64,000 bases of DNA from Puccinia triticina (GCA_026914245.1 CP110439.1:4774001-4838000); one strand, 5' to 3'; shown: positions 12,570 to 25,588, numbered from the stretch's first letter. Notes: generated from the sequence alone by a model not told the origin. Translations and numbers: made by a program.

Positions 12570-12721
12570 CAATAGAGGACTTCCTGCCAATCTGGAAACC
12601 CAGATTTTCCCAGATTTTAGGGAAATCTAGGCAGATCTAGGATTTTGGATGATCAAGCCCAGAATTCCCCGCAAAATCTGGGAAAATCTGAGTTCCCAGA
12701 TTGACAGGAAGTCCTCCAATA
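12570..12721. mobile_element. MITE family with GAGGACTTCC...GGAAGTCCTC TIRs, copy 1
   Basis: Inverted termini; related termini at 20612-20778, 44627-44942 and 45618-45794. Confidence 0.6.
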
Positions 12722-13700
12722 CTCTATCACCAGGGGTGATTTTGACGCACTCTCCAGAGAGTGTCATGCCGTACCCATTTTCCAGAACTGTCCTGGATGA
12801 TTTTGGTGAAATTAGTGTAAGAAATATTGAACAATGCTGTAAGCCCCTCCTCTGTTGGGCTGACAAGATGTCACTAGATACCTGTCACAGCTTGTACATA
12901 TTCCATTTGCCTTTCTTCCCTGGCTCAGCAGAGAACTGGCCATCCTTCTCTCTGAGTCAGGTAAGCCTTCACCCTTTTCCTTCTTTTGTCTTTCCTCTCT
13001 CTCTCTCATCTTAGAGAGAACTGACCATCCTTCTCTCTGAGTCAGTAATCAAACCACCTTTCAGGACCAACCCATGGGCCAGCTGATGTGGCATGAGCCA
13101 ACCCACCCCACTTTTGATGGGTCGGGTCTTGATGTTTTGAAACTCCAAACCAACCCTCCCCGGCCCATTTAAATTAAAAATGGGGTGGGGCAGGTCGGCA
13201 ATTTTCCAACCAGACCCGGCCCATCCTCATCCCTAAAAGCCATAGTAGAACACAGCTTTTATGGGTTGATATGATGACATGAAGCTCACCATGCTCTCTT
13301 CAGAGGGTATTCTGCCCGCTGTAAAATTTTTGGGGGCTTTAAGTTTGGGTGGCCCAGTCACTACAAGAAAAGGTTGCGCAACTGCTGTCAGTTGACATGC
13401 AAGATGCTCCAGGATAATAGGGGGTTTCAAAGTTGTCCAGATGCAACTTATGTACACTTTTGCAAGTAAGAATTCAAGTCAGATCTCAAACACTGAGTTG
13501 CAAAAGTGCATGCAAGCCACATTGTACTTGGCCCCTGAAGCCTTCTTGAATGTTTTTTTGCCAGTTGGTGTTCAAGAGAGGTCTTGAACACCAGCTTGCA
13601 AAATTCCATGCAATTTGGAACCAACCAACTTTGAATCCCCCTAATGGCCATTCAAACTTCACCTAAGTACATAAAAATTGTAGAGACTGTAAAATGAAGA

Positions 13701-13786
13701 TGTGTCTGGTGAGAGTCAAACTCACAACCTCAGCTATGCTGAGACACATACTAGAGTGCTGCCTTTACCAACTAGGCTACAGACGC
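13701..13786 (-). tRNA. tRNA-like sequence, probably a pseudogene; long variable arm, isotype uncertain (Leu-like)
   Basis: Reverse strand GCGTCTG-TA-GCCT AGTTGGTAA AGGC ... TCAGC ATA GCTGA ... GTGAG TTTGACT CTCAC-CAGACAC-A; acceptor, D, variable and T arms pair; anticodon arm irregular; T-loop TTCGA changed to TTTGA. Confidence 0.6.
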
Positions 13787-13945
13787 TTGTGGCTGCCAGC
13801 TGGGTGGTTGGTTGGTAGTGCTCATGGGTTGATCTGACAGCCCTCCATACTGTGGTGATACATCATTGTAGCAGACTAACAGACAACTCAACAAAAATTG
13901 TTCTTTGCACAGTCACTGTGTATTGAAGTTTTGTTGAAGTAAAAG

Positions 13946-15519
13946 TAGGCATGGCAATTGGGCAGGCTCAGGCCGCCTGCGGGCAGCCCGTGTTGGGCTG
14001 CAGAATAAATGGGTGGGTCGGGCCAGGTCAATTTGTCTCAAATTGCCACCCGCCTCAAGCCCGTTTAGCTCTTGGGAAGCCCGCGGGCCGCTGAACCCAA
14101 TTAGCCTGCGTGCAGCCCACGGGCGGCCCGCGGGTTGCTGCCAAATAGCCAATAAACTCAAATATATGAGGATTAATATCAATGCCAATATACCCGGAAT
14201 TGTAATTTGGCCTGTCTGGAGGCCCCCAAAGACATTGAATTCAAATTGAGGATGCCAGAGGGTGCTACAGGGTCAAAAAAACAGCCCCTCATGGCTGACC
14301 CCTGAAAGGGGGGCTGCCAAGGCCGGCTGGGGATTGGCCAAATAGGAGCCCGGTGGGCTACCTGAACCCGCCTGGTGTCAGCCTTAGAGTCAACTCAGCT
14401 GACCTAAAGTCTGCCTTTTTCTACTTTTTACATATGAATTACTTCATATCTTTTTCATCTTAAGAGATAACCTTGTTTTGACTTCATACTCTGTTTTCTC
14501 ATGCAATTCTAACCCTAGTTACAACTTATCATTTCTTTGTAACCCTACTCTTTCCCTAAGTTCTTGTGTCAGCCTTAGAATCTGTTCCTCCAATTGGGTC
14601 CCGCGACTCAATGAATTACGATTGAGTCCCGCGACTCAATGAATTACAATAGAGTCCCGCGACTCAATGAATTACAATTGAGTCCCCCGACTCAATGAGA
14701 GTTATGGCGCGCATGCACAGTTGTGATGTGGCAGCGCTAACAGGCAATTGAGTCCTGCGACTCAATGAGAGCTATGGCACACATGCGCAGCTGTGATGTG
14801 GCGGTGCTACCAGGTGCGCCAACCACTTGTACATGTGTAATTATGTAAGCAAACTGTGAAAATTTTTGAAGTCAGGATCTCCCTTGCCTAGGATCACCAC
14901 CAAAGAGATTACCACCCTCCCAGTATACCTACTGTCACAGGCGCCTAGGATATTGAAAGTAAGTAAACTCTTTCACTGAACCTTGTTTATCTCAGAGGTA
15001 CAACTCTGTGTCTGCTTGATCTGCTCTTCTTTGCTGGCCTTTGCCTTATCCTTGATCACAGGGCTGTCCCTGCTTGACCTGATTCTTTTTCTGTGGTTTT
15101 TGTAAGAAACAAACCACATAGGTTTCCCTTTAAAGAACCTTGTCTATCCAGAAGGAAGCTAAAAAATTGTGGCTGGATTAAACTTGTCTAATCCAGAGAC
15201 CCTCCACGTTTCTTTGGTGAGAGGAGGCTGTAGCACTCTCTAGCACAGCTTGGCAGCACTCTTCTGAAGAGGTAGCATTGCCAGTGGACGTGCATTCCCA
15301 CCAGAATAAACCTTGAATATCTGCTTATCTTGATCCTGCTAAGTTTCTCTCTCTCTTATATTTGGATTTTCTTTATCCAAAGAAATCCAAATATTCCCCC
15401 CTTCTTTCTTGTGTCCTGCTGTCACTATAGAGACTCAGGCTCACACCTGGCTTCAATTGGTCCCAAACCCGGCTGGGTTTGGGGGGCCCACCGGCCAACC
15501 TGCCCAATTGCCATGCCTA
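13946..15519. mobile_element. hAT-type MITE
   Basis: TIR TAGGCATGGCAATTGGGCAGG / CCTGCCCAATTGCCATGCCTA; perfect 8-bp TSD AGTAAAAG. Confidence 0.9.
14376..15445. mobile_element. Solo LTR (~1.07 kb)
   Basis: TG...CA termini, perfect 5-bp TSD CCTGG (14371-14375, 15446-15450); internal tandem palindromes TTGAGTCCCGCGACTCAA. Confidence 0.8.
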
Positions 15520-16496
15520 AGTAAAAGATTCAGCTAAACACCAACTGCTCCCTTTGAGTTTATGCATGTCAACTGATGGCATTTGTGCAACTTTTTCTTG
15601 TAGTGAGTGAGGATTTCTGGATAGCGGAATCAATTTTCAAACTCCCATAATTTCCCTGGTTCAAATTTTGGTACTGGGGAACCAGGCCAGACATTGAAAT
15701 CCAGTCTTCCAGACATCCACAACATTTGGAGTTGATTCAATTTTTCAACTCCCATACACCAGGGGAAAATGCACATACACAAAGGTGACATTGTCAAAAT
15801 GGAAAACAGCTCACATGCATGTGCATGGAGACATTGGAAAACAAAAGAAACATAAAAACAACTCACAAGCTTATATGTTTTAAGAATCCAGGTTGTCTAG
15901 CTGAAATCTGGTACCACAAACCTCCAAGCTTGACTTGACACATACTTCCACCCTATTTTCATCCTTCTTTGGCTCAATTATAGATGATACCTGCCTTTTT
16001 TTAGGGAAATATGAAAATTCAGGTGGGCCTTTCACATCATTCTAACCGGTGTGTATGTGTTGTTGATCTGAAAGAGGCCCAGTCTGCAATTTGTAACAAA
16101 ATTTTACGCGCGCACATGAGGGAAAAATTAGCAAAGTGAAAACAACAAACACCTTCATGAGCATGTGAATAATATGAATTGAACCCCAAGAAATCATCCC
16201 AATCAACAAACAGGTCAAATTGAGTTATGATTTAATTGTGGTCATTGTGTCTTAGTGGTTTCAACTGTGTTTGACTTCCAGTTGAGTTCTGCATGATGAT
16301 TTATGGATGAATCCATGATCAGTTTCAGAACAGTTGGTGATGAGTTCAAGCATTTGTAAGGACTTGAGATGTCCTTCACTGAGATTGTCAAAGACGTGGC
16401 ACAAGGGACGAGGCGGAGAGCCTAGAGAGGTTCTAGGACCAAACACTGGGGGATTTCATAAAAATTGCTATATATTGAGACCTGTCTGCCTTCATG

Positions 16497-16959
16497 CAAC
16501 AGTGGGTCAGCTACGCTAACATAGCTGTTAGCTTAGCGTAGCGCAGCGCAAATGCGCTATTTCTTAGCGTAGCGTTGGCGCAATTGCGCGCATCTGCGCT
16601 AACGCTACGCGCAAAGGATGCAAAGCTATTTTAGCTTTTAGCGTAGCGTTAGCGCAGATCCGCGCAATTGCGCTAACGCTAAGCACGCAAGGCGCGAAAG
16701 AGCGCGCGCTATGCTGCGCTAAAGCGTTTTTCGCGGCAAAAAAGTGCCTTTTTTCCGCTAAAAGCGCTTTAGCGCAACGTAGCGTAGCGCAGCGCTAACG
16801 CTAAACAAAAATTGGTATGCTGTTAGCGCCGCTGAAAATTAGCGAAGCGTAGCGGCGCTAACAGCGCGCAAACGCTACTCAAAAAAGGTTGGCGCTTTTT
16901 GCCGCTACGCTAAACTTTAGGGCTAAAATAGCGTAGTTTAGCGTAGCAGCCCACTGTTG
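16497..16959. mobile_element. MITE with CAACAGTGGG TIRs and 7-bp TSD (P-element-like)
   Basis: CAACAGTGGG / CCCACTGTTG, TSD CTTCATG on both sides, interior of TAGCG/CGCTA repeats. Confidence 0.75.
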
Positions 16960-19900
16960 CTTCATGAGTCAGATTGGGGCGGGTCAAGTTGTGTCAGTGT
17001 GTATAAGTTTGATCCTCTATGATCATGCACATGTATCACATTATTTGGAAGGAAAAAGATAGAAAGAAACTTTTAAGATCATACATACAGCAGATTCAGA
17101 AAAGGATGGCAGTCCAAAACAATTTTGGGCCTATTTTGGAGCCTGCAGGCTGTGCATCTGAGCTGGGAAGTGCAGATGTCTGGTGAACCTGCCAAACTGA
17201 GTAAAAAGCTCAAAAAATCTAAGTATATTAAATCCACACTTTTGCGGAAATTGGGATCAAGGGTTTCCCCTATCCCTTTCTCAAAAGGCCCCAAAAGGGG
17301 TTTTCCAGTGTGGCTGTGGCCAAATTGACACTTTTTCTCCCATTTCCCATCTTTTTCAGGCAGAAGTATGTTTGAATTTTTGCCATGAAAAATTTATTTA
17401 AAGTCCCCGAACATTAATGCCTTGGACTGGCCCCCCAATCCATGAAGCACAGATGAAAAAGGGCTGGGTTGTCCCCCCTCGGGCCTGTTGCAAATGCAAG
17501 GGGATGGAAGGGGGCAAAAAGTTTAAAAGATGTTCAAACTGCATAAATACTCTGGTCAACCACAACTGCGACAATGGAGGTGCTGTAATGTGATTTGGCC
17601 CAACCTGTGCAAATGCAACAGGGGGTGAAAGGTGAATTTCTTGACCCTTGGGCCTATCGCAAATGCAATGGCGGAGGAGACAAGGACTGACCCTCCTCAA
17701 CCTGTGCAAGTGCAACAGGGGAGTTGGAGCCGTGCCGCTTAACAGTTTGTGGGGGGGGGCAACTTATATGGTTTCCGATAGCCACCATATTCCACCTCCC
17801 ACCCCTCCGCACTTTGTCTTTGGACTCATTTGTCCAAACTCCCATGTTTCACTCCCCCTTCCATCAGAAAACATTTTCATGCCTTCACTTCACTCGTTGT
17901 CATTGAGGCGCTGCCAAGCATATGAACTGTTCATCACATCCGCTTTTGGCCGGGGCACCCAGATGTAAATTTCCCTCACCTTCTCTTGTCAAGCTTCTTG
18001 ATGGAGAAGGGTACTTCCCTTCAGTCACAGATTGGGATTTTTTCCGCCCGGAATGGGTTTTTCTGCCCTCTTGCCCTCTGGACCCTTCCCTTTTCTCTTC
18101 AAAACGATTTATTTCCAAAAACAGGTCCAACCCTGTGTTTCAAGGTTATTTTTGAGGTCCAGATGGCCTAGTGGTAACCATCACCCATGGAAGCTCTGTG
18201 TCTCCCCTGCAATGACATATTATAATCACTTCAAAGAGAGTGACAAGTCGGGTGTTCAAATCCTGGTGGACCCAACCCCTGGCCGCTACCACTTCCGCGC
18301 TTGGACAAATACACACCACCCATTCAACCTTCAACCCAATTATTAGTTTTCCTCTTTAAATGTATAAAAAAAATTAATTTCAAAACCCGTTACCCAATTG
18401 AATCAACCTGAAAAATGGTTGCACCTCATCCACCCCACAACCCACATCACAACTCGTTGTCCCTAGTTGTTAAGATTACCACATCCTCTACAGAACTTGG
18501 ACCCTTAGAAACAAGTACTGAAAAAACAAACTACAAACATAAATAACAAAAATGCTTGCAGGTAGATAACATCATATTCATAGTGTGCAATGCCAAAGGC
18601 TAAATTACACTAAAAAAAAGGTCATTTTCCTCCCTCATCCCGCTGTATTGGACCAATACAAAACATTGGTCCTTCTCCAATCAACCAATATGTACGTTGG
18701 ATACAGCGCAGGCCGGGATGCCCCAAGCTGTGCAAGACTCTCGGTGCAAAACATTTCTTGTTCACCAACCCTGAGGCGTGGATGAGACCAGCTGTTGTTT
18801 GCTTTGGTCGCCAGAGTCTTAGCAGAGGTGATTATGCTCCTTGGTGAGCACTCAACAAGCATAATTTCACAATTTTTGTGTATCCTCACTTCAGCTAAAT
18901 ATTGATTCAATACCATGTAGACTAAATAAGACATCAGCTATAGCAGAGAGGCCGGAAGCTGACACCTCCAACTGCAGGTCTCCATTCCTACACACTGATA
19001 CTGCTGATCCTATCGCGGCAGTCACTGTGAGCTTAACAAAGCCTCCCAGTGAGGCAGCCCAGCAGTCTGTCTCATAGAGAGGTCACACTTGGTGTGAGCC
19101 GCTTGGCGCCGCGCTCCCCTGCAGGTGAGGAGTCACCGGGGCTTGCATCATATCTGCCAAATTTCACGTCTGACCATGCTCACAACAACGGTGGGCCAAT
19201 ACACTAACATTATTTGTTAGTGTAGTGTATTCTAGCCAAAACCAGCTAACAATAAGTGGCTCATTGCTGCTCACGACCACAAGGTGGATGTCCAGGCCAG
19301 CTACTTTGCCTCTCTGAGTATAATACTAAAGGAGAAATTTTATTTAATCACCTATTGAGTTGGGAAAGCTGAAGACTCCAAGGTCCTCATCGCCAATGCG
19401 CTCCATCATCAAGGCAATTTGTTTAGCAGCTTTGTTGCTCTTCTTGCTATTGGCAGTTTCAGTAAATACATTCAAAACACAAATAAAAGATTCTAGATCC
19501 GATTGGGGGGTTTATTGTATGTTCAATGATTGTGCGAAGCGGGCTAGCGATTGGAAAGAGTTCAATAGAAAGGCTACTTGAAAAGCGGACAGATGTATAT
19601 CTGAACCTAGATGTGGAAAATGTTCTGCTCACTAACCTAGAGAAGCTCCAGCAAAAGAAATTCACCCTGACTGTCCAGCAGGTCGAGCACCTCAAGATTG
19701 GGCCCAAGGCTCCCATCTTCCTCGAGCTTGGCTTGGCCCCGCCTAAAAACTCCCAACAGTCTCCTACTCCTCCATTTTACCGACCGGGTTGTTTTCCAGC
19801 ATATGCTCTCTGTTCTCATCCTCAAGGAAATCAAAAATGTCAAAGATTTACACATTCAATTCAAAATCATCTAGGACTTACCCTACCTTCTCATACCCCA

Positions 19901-20611
19901 TCACAAGCAATTCTCCAGATATCTTCAACATGGTTATTGTGCACTCTTTTTCATTCTTCCCAGACTTACGTCCAATCAACATCCGCGCTGACCCCATATC
20001 CTTGTTGTAACCCCAGACTGGCCTTGTTGTAACCCCAGACTGGGTTACCGTTAGGGCTCTCCTAGACCCCCTTCAATCTACATGTATATAAACTTGTCCC
20101 TCAGTTTCTCTACATGTAATGTGATTGTGCGCATCCTCTTGCCCGTTTCTCATCAATCCTCGGCCTAAGAATTGGGATCCCGTCGGACAGACAGGTGCAC
20201 CTGGTATCCGCCCGCTGAGGGCGTGTCTTCCTCAGCTATTTATATCATCTCACCGGCAAAGAGTAAGTAGGGATTGACCCGTTCGGCGGGGCAAGTGAGT
20301 TGTGTCTGTTCCAATTTGTCCCAGAGGTTTTCTATAACGTACTCGGCTGCACAAGCCCTACTTGTTCAAGGGACCAAGCTGGGTCTAACCTTCAAACCTG
20401 TCAATCCAGCTTAATCCCTTGCACCCAACCAGTATTAACCTGCAGTCATTTGCAACAGATTTTTGGACAGGCATTGGACCTGCGCTGTCTGGTTCCCCAG
20501 CGGAAATTTGTCCCGGGAATGTGTTTCAACTTTCATTCCGGCGGTCACTCATGCCTCTCATGTTTGATTTTTGATTGCTTCCTTGGTTACATATGAAAAT
20601 TAAATTAACAC

Positions 20612-20778
20612 AAGTGGAGGACTTTCCGTCGTCTAAAACGTCTAATCTAGAAGGACAGGTTAAACTTTACTGACTGGTGAAAATTGATTGATATCGAGTT
20701 TTCACCAGCAAACAAGGTTTAGCGGATTAGCGGCCTCCTCTAAATCAAGCCTTTTAGGCGACGGGAAGTCCTCCAGTG
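20612..20778. mobile_element. GGAGGACTT-TIR MITE, copy 2
   Basis: GTGGAGGACTTTCCGTCG ... CGACGGGAAGTCCTCCAGTG. Confidence 0.55.
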
Positions 20779-21803
20779 CCGGCATCGGCCGCCCCCTTGC
20801 GGCGCAGGCGGCTTCTCCATCAGCGCGGGGTCCCCCGGACGCCAATGAGGCTAACTTAACCAAGTCCCTCTATTGGAGGGGGGACGCCGTCCCGCAGGGA
20901 CCCTAATGAGGTCTAGGAGCTCGTCCTGCGGAGCGATTCAAACTTGCTTCTTGAATTTACCAACGGAGATTGCAAACCCAGGACCGATTCCCAAGCGGCG
21001 CACTCTTTGCTAATCTGACGAGTGAGAGTGGACGTGACTCTTCGTGCATGAGCCCAAGGTATGGGCCACATGGGTGCCACCTGCTGCAGTCCGAAAACCG
21101 CCGGGGAACGGTCCATCTTACATTTGTACGAATCTTCCTTTGAGATCCCCCAGGGACTAAATACATAAGCGTCGCCCTCTTCGCTGTGGGCTGTGGAACC
21201 TCTACGTCGCCCCGGGCAGTGGCAAGCACTGGGTGTTGCGGTCATTGTAATATTTATGCCGACCGGTTGTATTTATGTACGCAATGTCAAATCCGTGGTG
21301 GCGATGGTTCTTTGCTGCGCTAAACGGTGCTATTTAGATCGGTAAACGTCCTTTTCATTCCCAGATCTGCGGGGTGAACATTTCTACAAGGTCCTTTCGA
21401 TTGTTCTAGGAATCTAGCTTGTCCTCCACTCCAGCCATGCCGATGCGTTGTACACACACAGTATTCCTAGTACTTTATAGAGCTCCATCCAAACCCCCCT
21501 TATTTCGAGTGTGTTACCGCTGCCCACGGAATTACTGACTCCAGATTAGTGCCAGCGCAACCCAACATGAGTTTCTCCATCGTCGTTATTCTCCGTGTAT
21601 GTATGTGACTCCAGGCAAACTTTTTATGCTTGAAACTTGAAAGTAGAAGTAAGTTTATCGGCATCAGTATGACACCCAGACATTAGCCAAACATTAGCAA
21701 ATAATTCAGGTGCGGATGTCACACCATCACTTTCGCCAGCTATAAATCAATCGAATTTTGGACATTATTGCGTCTCAACAACCGTTACATACCCTAGTGC
21801 ATC

Positions 21804-24800
21804 ATGCCCTCCGGAGCCCCATTTGGTCGCTGTCGATTTAATTCGTCTGCCCATCCAATTATCGAAATCGCCACGTATCAACATGCGCCATCCGTGTCAA
21901 CCAACAATCAAGCTGCCATCGCTTTGACAGCTTCTCCTTACAAGAAAATCTTCAAGTCCCAGCGACCCTATACGGCTGAGAGTGACAATCGCACCGTCTG
22001 CTTGGATCCATCCGAGCAACCAGATACTACATTCCAAAAGAAATACGCCACCGGACCGTGGAATGTAGATGAAGAGGGGACTGATGGGCATGTCGAAGCG
22101 GAGCAACATGACCCCAGTGCAGGCGCTGGGAGTGGATCAAGAAGCACACTCTCCACTTCGACCAAGCGGCTTGATTTAATTATTCTTCCTCTGACCTTGC
22201 TGATATACGTGCGCCATCATATTTTGCTTTTCGAATTGTTCATTCCGAGGTTTCGAAGTTTGTCTCAGCTAAAGGAAGATTATCATTCTGGAATGCTAGC
22301 TCTCAGACTATGTTCAACGATCAAACATTGGAAACGCTGCAGCTTACGGTTTGAAGTCATATGTACTAGATAACAGTCACTGGTGCTATGCTTGGGTCTT
22401 GTCCAGGTGAGCGATGGGGGCTTAATGTCCTTGAATCATTGTTTGCATTGTCTTCATGAAATCCAAATCAAGCTCGAATACCAGTCGGAAATTAAGACGG
22501 AACTTCAGGTCGCAGAAATCTTCTGAGCGCTGGGAAAAACATTGCTGACCAATTTTCGTCCTCCAGCTTTTCCATGACTTACCTGTCATTTTTAATTGGT
22601 GCCAATATAGTCGTTCCCAGATCTCGATCTCCAAAATATCTGCTCTCATGTGGGGTCTTGATAACTAGTATCGCGACCATCATAATTGGTTTTGCCTCGA
22701 ACTTCGCAACCATTTTCATCTGCCGGGTTGAGTTTGAGTCTATAGATGTGAAGCTCTAATTTTCTGCGAGCTGATTTTTCCCCTCTCTTCGTAGTCTGTC
22801 ATTGGTATGGGAGGGGTAAGCATTTCTAAAAATTCAATGAGACTCGGTCAGTAAGCTTCACATAGAATTTCTTCAAAAAACGGCTTTACAGGCAATCTTA
22901 GGCAAAAGCATGGAAACTTACTACTCTTTGATGTGAGCATCTTGGGCGATTGGAAATTTTGAATAATATTGTTTTGCAAATGTGAAACAGCTGACATGGT
23001 TAATTTACTCACATGCCGCACAGATATACCCGCACTGAGATGGCGCAAAGAATGTCTTTTTTCATCGGCTCAACCGTTTTGGCTGGGGCGTAAGTTGTGG
23101 ATCTTCTTCCTTTCCCCCGGATAGCAGGAATCCAGATTGTATGAAAAACAAATGAAAGCTTTAAAAATCATTAACATTCCGGTCCCTTTATTTCGACAGT
23201 CTGAACGGAATCTTCGCGTAAGCCCTTGAGCTCTACGATACAAACGTCTATCAATTTGCCTCATAATTGTTTGCGAAATTGTGTCCTAGATATGGGACTG
23301 GTCTCATTAAATCAGAAGTGAAAACTTGGAGATTTTTGTGAGTTGGTCATGTTTCATTTCTTCTTTCGCATGAATAGCGGGGCATAAATTTGACAGATAA
23401 GGTCACTTGTACATGTGTTCACAAGATTCTTTATCGAAGGAGGCCAAGGCATCGTATTGGCACTAGCATGCCTCTTATGTCTTCCATCATCAAAGGTGAA
23501 GAGGAAACCCGAAACAACTTCCCAAATCCAAATTCACACCCAGGGCTCTTTGTCAGAAATCAACTCTTTCACCTTAGAATACAACATGTTTGAATGGAGG
23601 CTTGCTTTAAGAGCTCTAGTGAATCCAAATATTTGGATCTCTTCTGTCAGTTGCTGCTTTTTTTTTCTTTAGGAAGCCGTTCGGAACTCCATGGTTAACT
23701 AGAAGTCTCAGCAACACCTAATAAAGCTTACCTGTTCTTCGTCTCGGCATACGGACCAAACAGTTTTCGTACGGATGTGTAAATTTAAGTGTCGGAAGTT
23801 TGACTGGATATCTCCCCCTTATCATGGAATCGTACGTGCTTTCCTACTCTACAAATCTGCTTGCTATTCGCCTTAGGCTTGACGGATGTGGTTTTGAGCT
23901 GTCAGCTTTTGAAAGGTAAAATACTGATGCGTTGTTGATGTTCAATTCGTAGGTTTGGAAATTCGCCGGAGCAATCCCAGGTTTTGACCGCTTGGCCATA
24001 CTTGTTTGCATTTGTTCTAATGTTTATGGTCGCAAACGCATCCGATCTCGCCGGCGTAAGAAGTGCTTTTGTCATGCTCATGTGTACAATTGGTAGCACC
24101 GGTTGGGCGTTGTTGCTGCGATACGATGCCTCTTGGGTTAAATATTCCGCAACATTCTTAGTTGTGGCCGGAGCGGTGAGTCGGAGAATGTACACACAGA
24201 TAACACCCCTCCATGTTGCTTGCTCTGATACCCATTTGCTCTTGGCGCTGAGTAGTATTGCCCGATTCCTTTGTAAGCTTCACTGCTTGAAGTGATGAAC
24301 TGCATTATCGTCGAATTTTGACCACTTTTATTCTTCTCTTCACGACTGACACCAACTTATGGACCCGTAATGTCCCTGACAAACGGCCGATTTAAGAATT
24401 CTATCATGGACTCTCAGCAATTGCACTAGTAAGCAATCCGAGCTCTCCCACCTTCGTATCAGATTCTGATATGCGCAAGCTTCTTATTTCGCGGCGCCTA
24501 GCTTACAATGAAAGGGCCATATCTTTGTGAGCAAAATGATTCCACATTTTTTTTTCAAACCGAGAAACCTGCTTTCAAAATAGGATCCTGATATGTTACT
24601 TTTTAGCATTCTTATGCAAACATTTGGACAAGTCTTCACAGTTGTTTCCAACTTCATATTCCATGCCCTCAACAAAGACAGCCCGCAGAGATTGGGCTAC
24701 TTTATAAACTTGGTCGGTAACGCTTCTGCCGTTTTAGCAGTCAGTTACTTGGCAGCGGTTTATCGTTATCACAATTGGAAAACTTCCCGCCACGCGGCTC

Positions 24801-24856
24801 CAACCAACGAGCGTGAGTTCAAATTTCGGGCTCATACTGTCAGCGAAAGATTTTGA
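21804..24856 (+). CDS. MFS transporter, anion:cation symporter (DAL5/TNA1-like) family, many short exons
   Basis: LDLIILPLTLLIY, DRSNIGNA-like exon, YTRTEMAQRMSFFIG, WRFL/FFIEG, LRALVNPNIW, AWPYLFAF and further hydrophobic exons; exact exon structure not fully resolved. Confidence 0.8.
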
Positions 24857-25582
24857 AAAATTTAAAATTGGTTTTTGGCCTTCTTCATCCTTGGCAACCA
24901 GGCTTCAAGTATTTCCTGTAAACCGGCGGGGAGATTGGTATAAATACCACGTACCACAAGCGTCATGTTGTTACCTTCACCGTATCAAATGCCGCGGATT
25001 TTATCTGTATGCATCCTGACAGTCGACGCGAATTCTCTTGGAGCGTCACTGGAAGTGCGGGAACGTCACCCGGCTTCATGTTGATTTTTATACGAATGCA
25101 TCAACATTTCAAGTTTAATAAACAAGATTGAAACATACATAATTGACAAATCAGAAGTTGGCATCACAGCGTTTGTTTCGTCGTTTGACTGAAGTCGCAG
25201 CTTGTTGGGATATGCGCCGCTGAAGCTCAGGTCGACCTCTTCCGGAAGCCTGCTGCCAAGTGGTACGGGGCACACAATTACATTGGATATGTTTCGCTTT
25301 TTCGCACCTTGGATATTCCTGGGCAACTCCGCCAGAAAGAACCCGTCTTCGAACGTACAACATTGCCTAATGTTCAGGTTGGATTGTAATTAAATAGTTG
25401 AAACCAAGTGACACTTCCTGCGCAAGCATCGCCATCGCAAGTGTTGTCTCAGTGAGACTGGTCACGGGATCCATGTGATCCATCTGCGGTTTTGTGTCAC
25501 ACTGGGTCGAGCCCTGGCGACTGCACATGGGAGGCTCGGTGCCAGAGACGAGTAGTGCAATATTGTTCCTCGTGGGAAGAGG

Positions 25583-25588
25583 TATAAA
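25583..25588 (+). promoter_or_regulatory. Candidate TATA box of the 152-aa gene
   Basis: TATAAA 200 bp upstream of ATG 25783, followed by a plausible 5'-UTR GT-AG intron (~25627-25724). Confidence 0.35.

Larger units (their letters stand above)
13359..15605. mobile_element. Non-autonomous CACTA element containing a tRNA-like sequence, a hAT MITE and a solo LTR
   Basis: CACTACAAGAAAA at 13359 / TTTTCTTGTAGTG ending 15605, subterminal inverted similarity (GTTGACATGCA / TGCATGTCAAC), perfect 3-bp TSD AGT. Confidence 0.88.
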
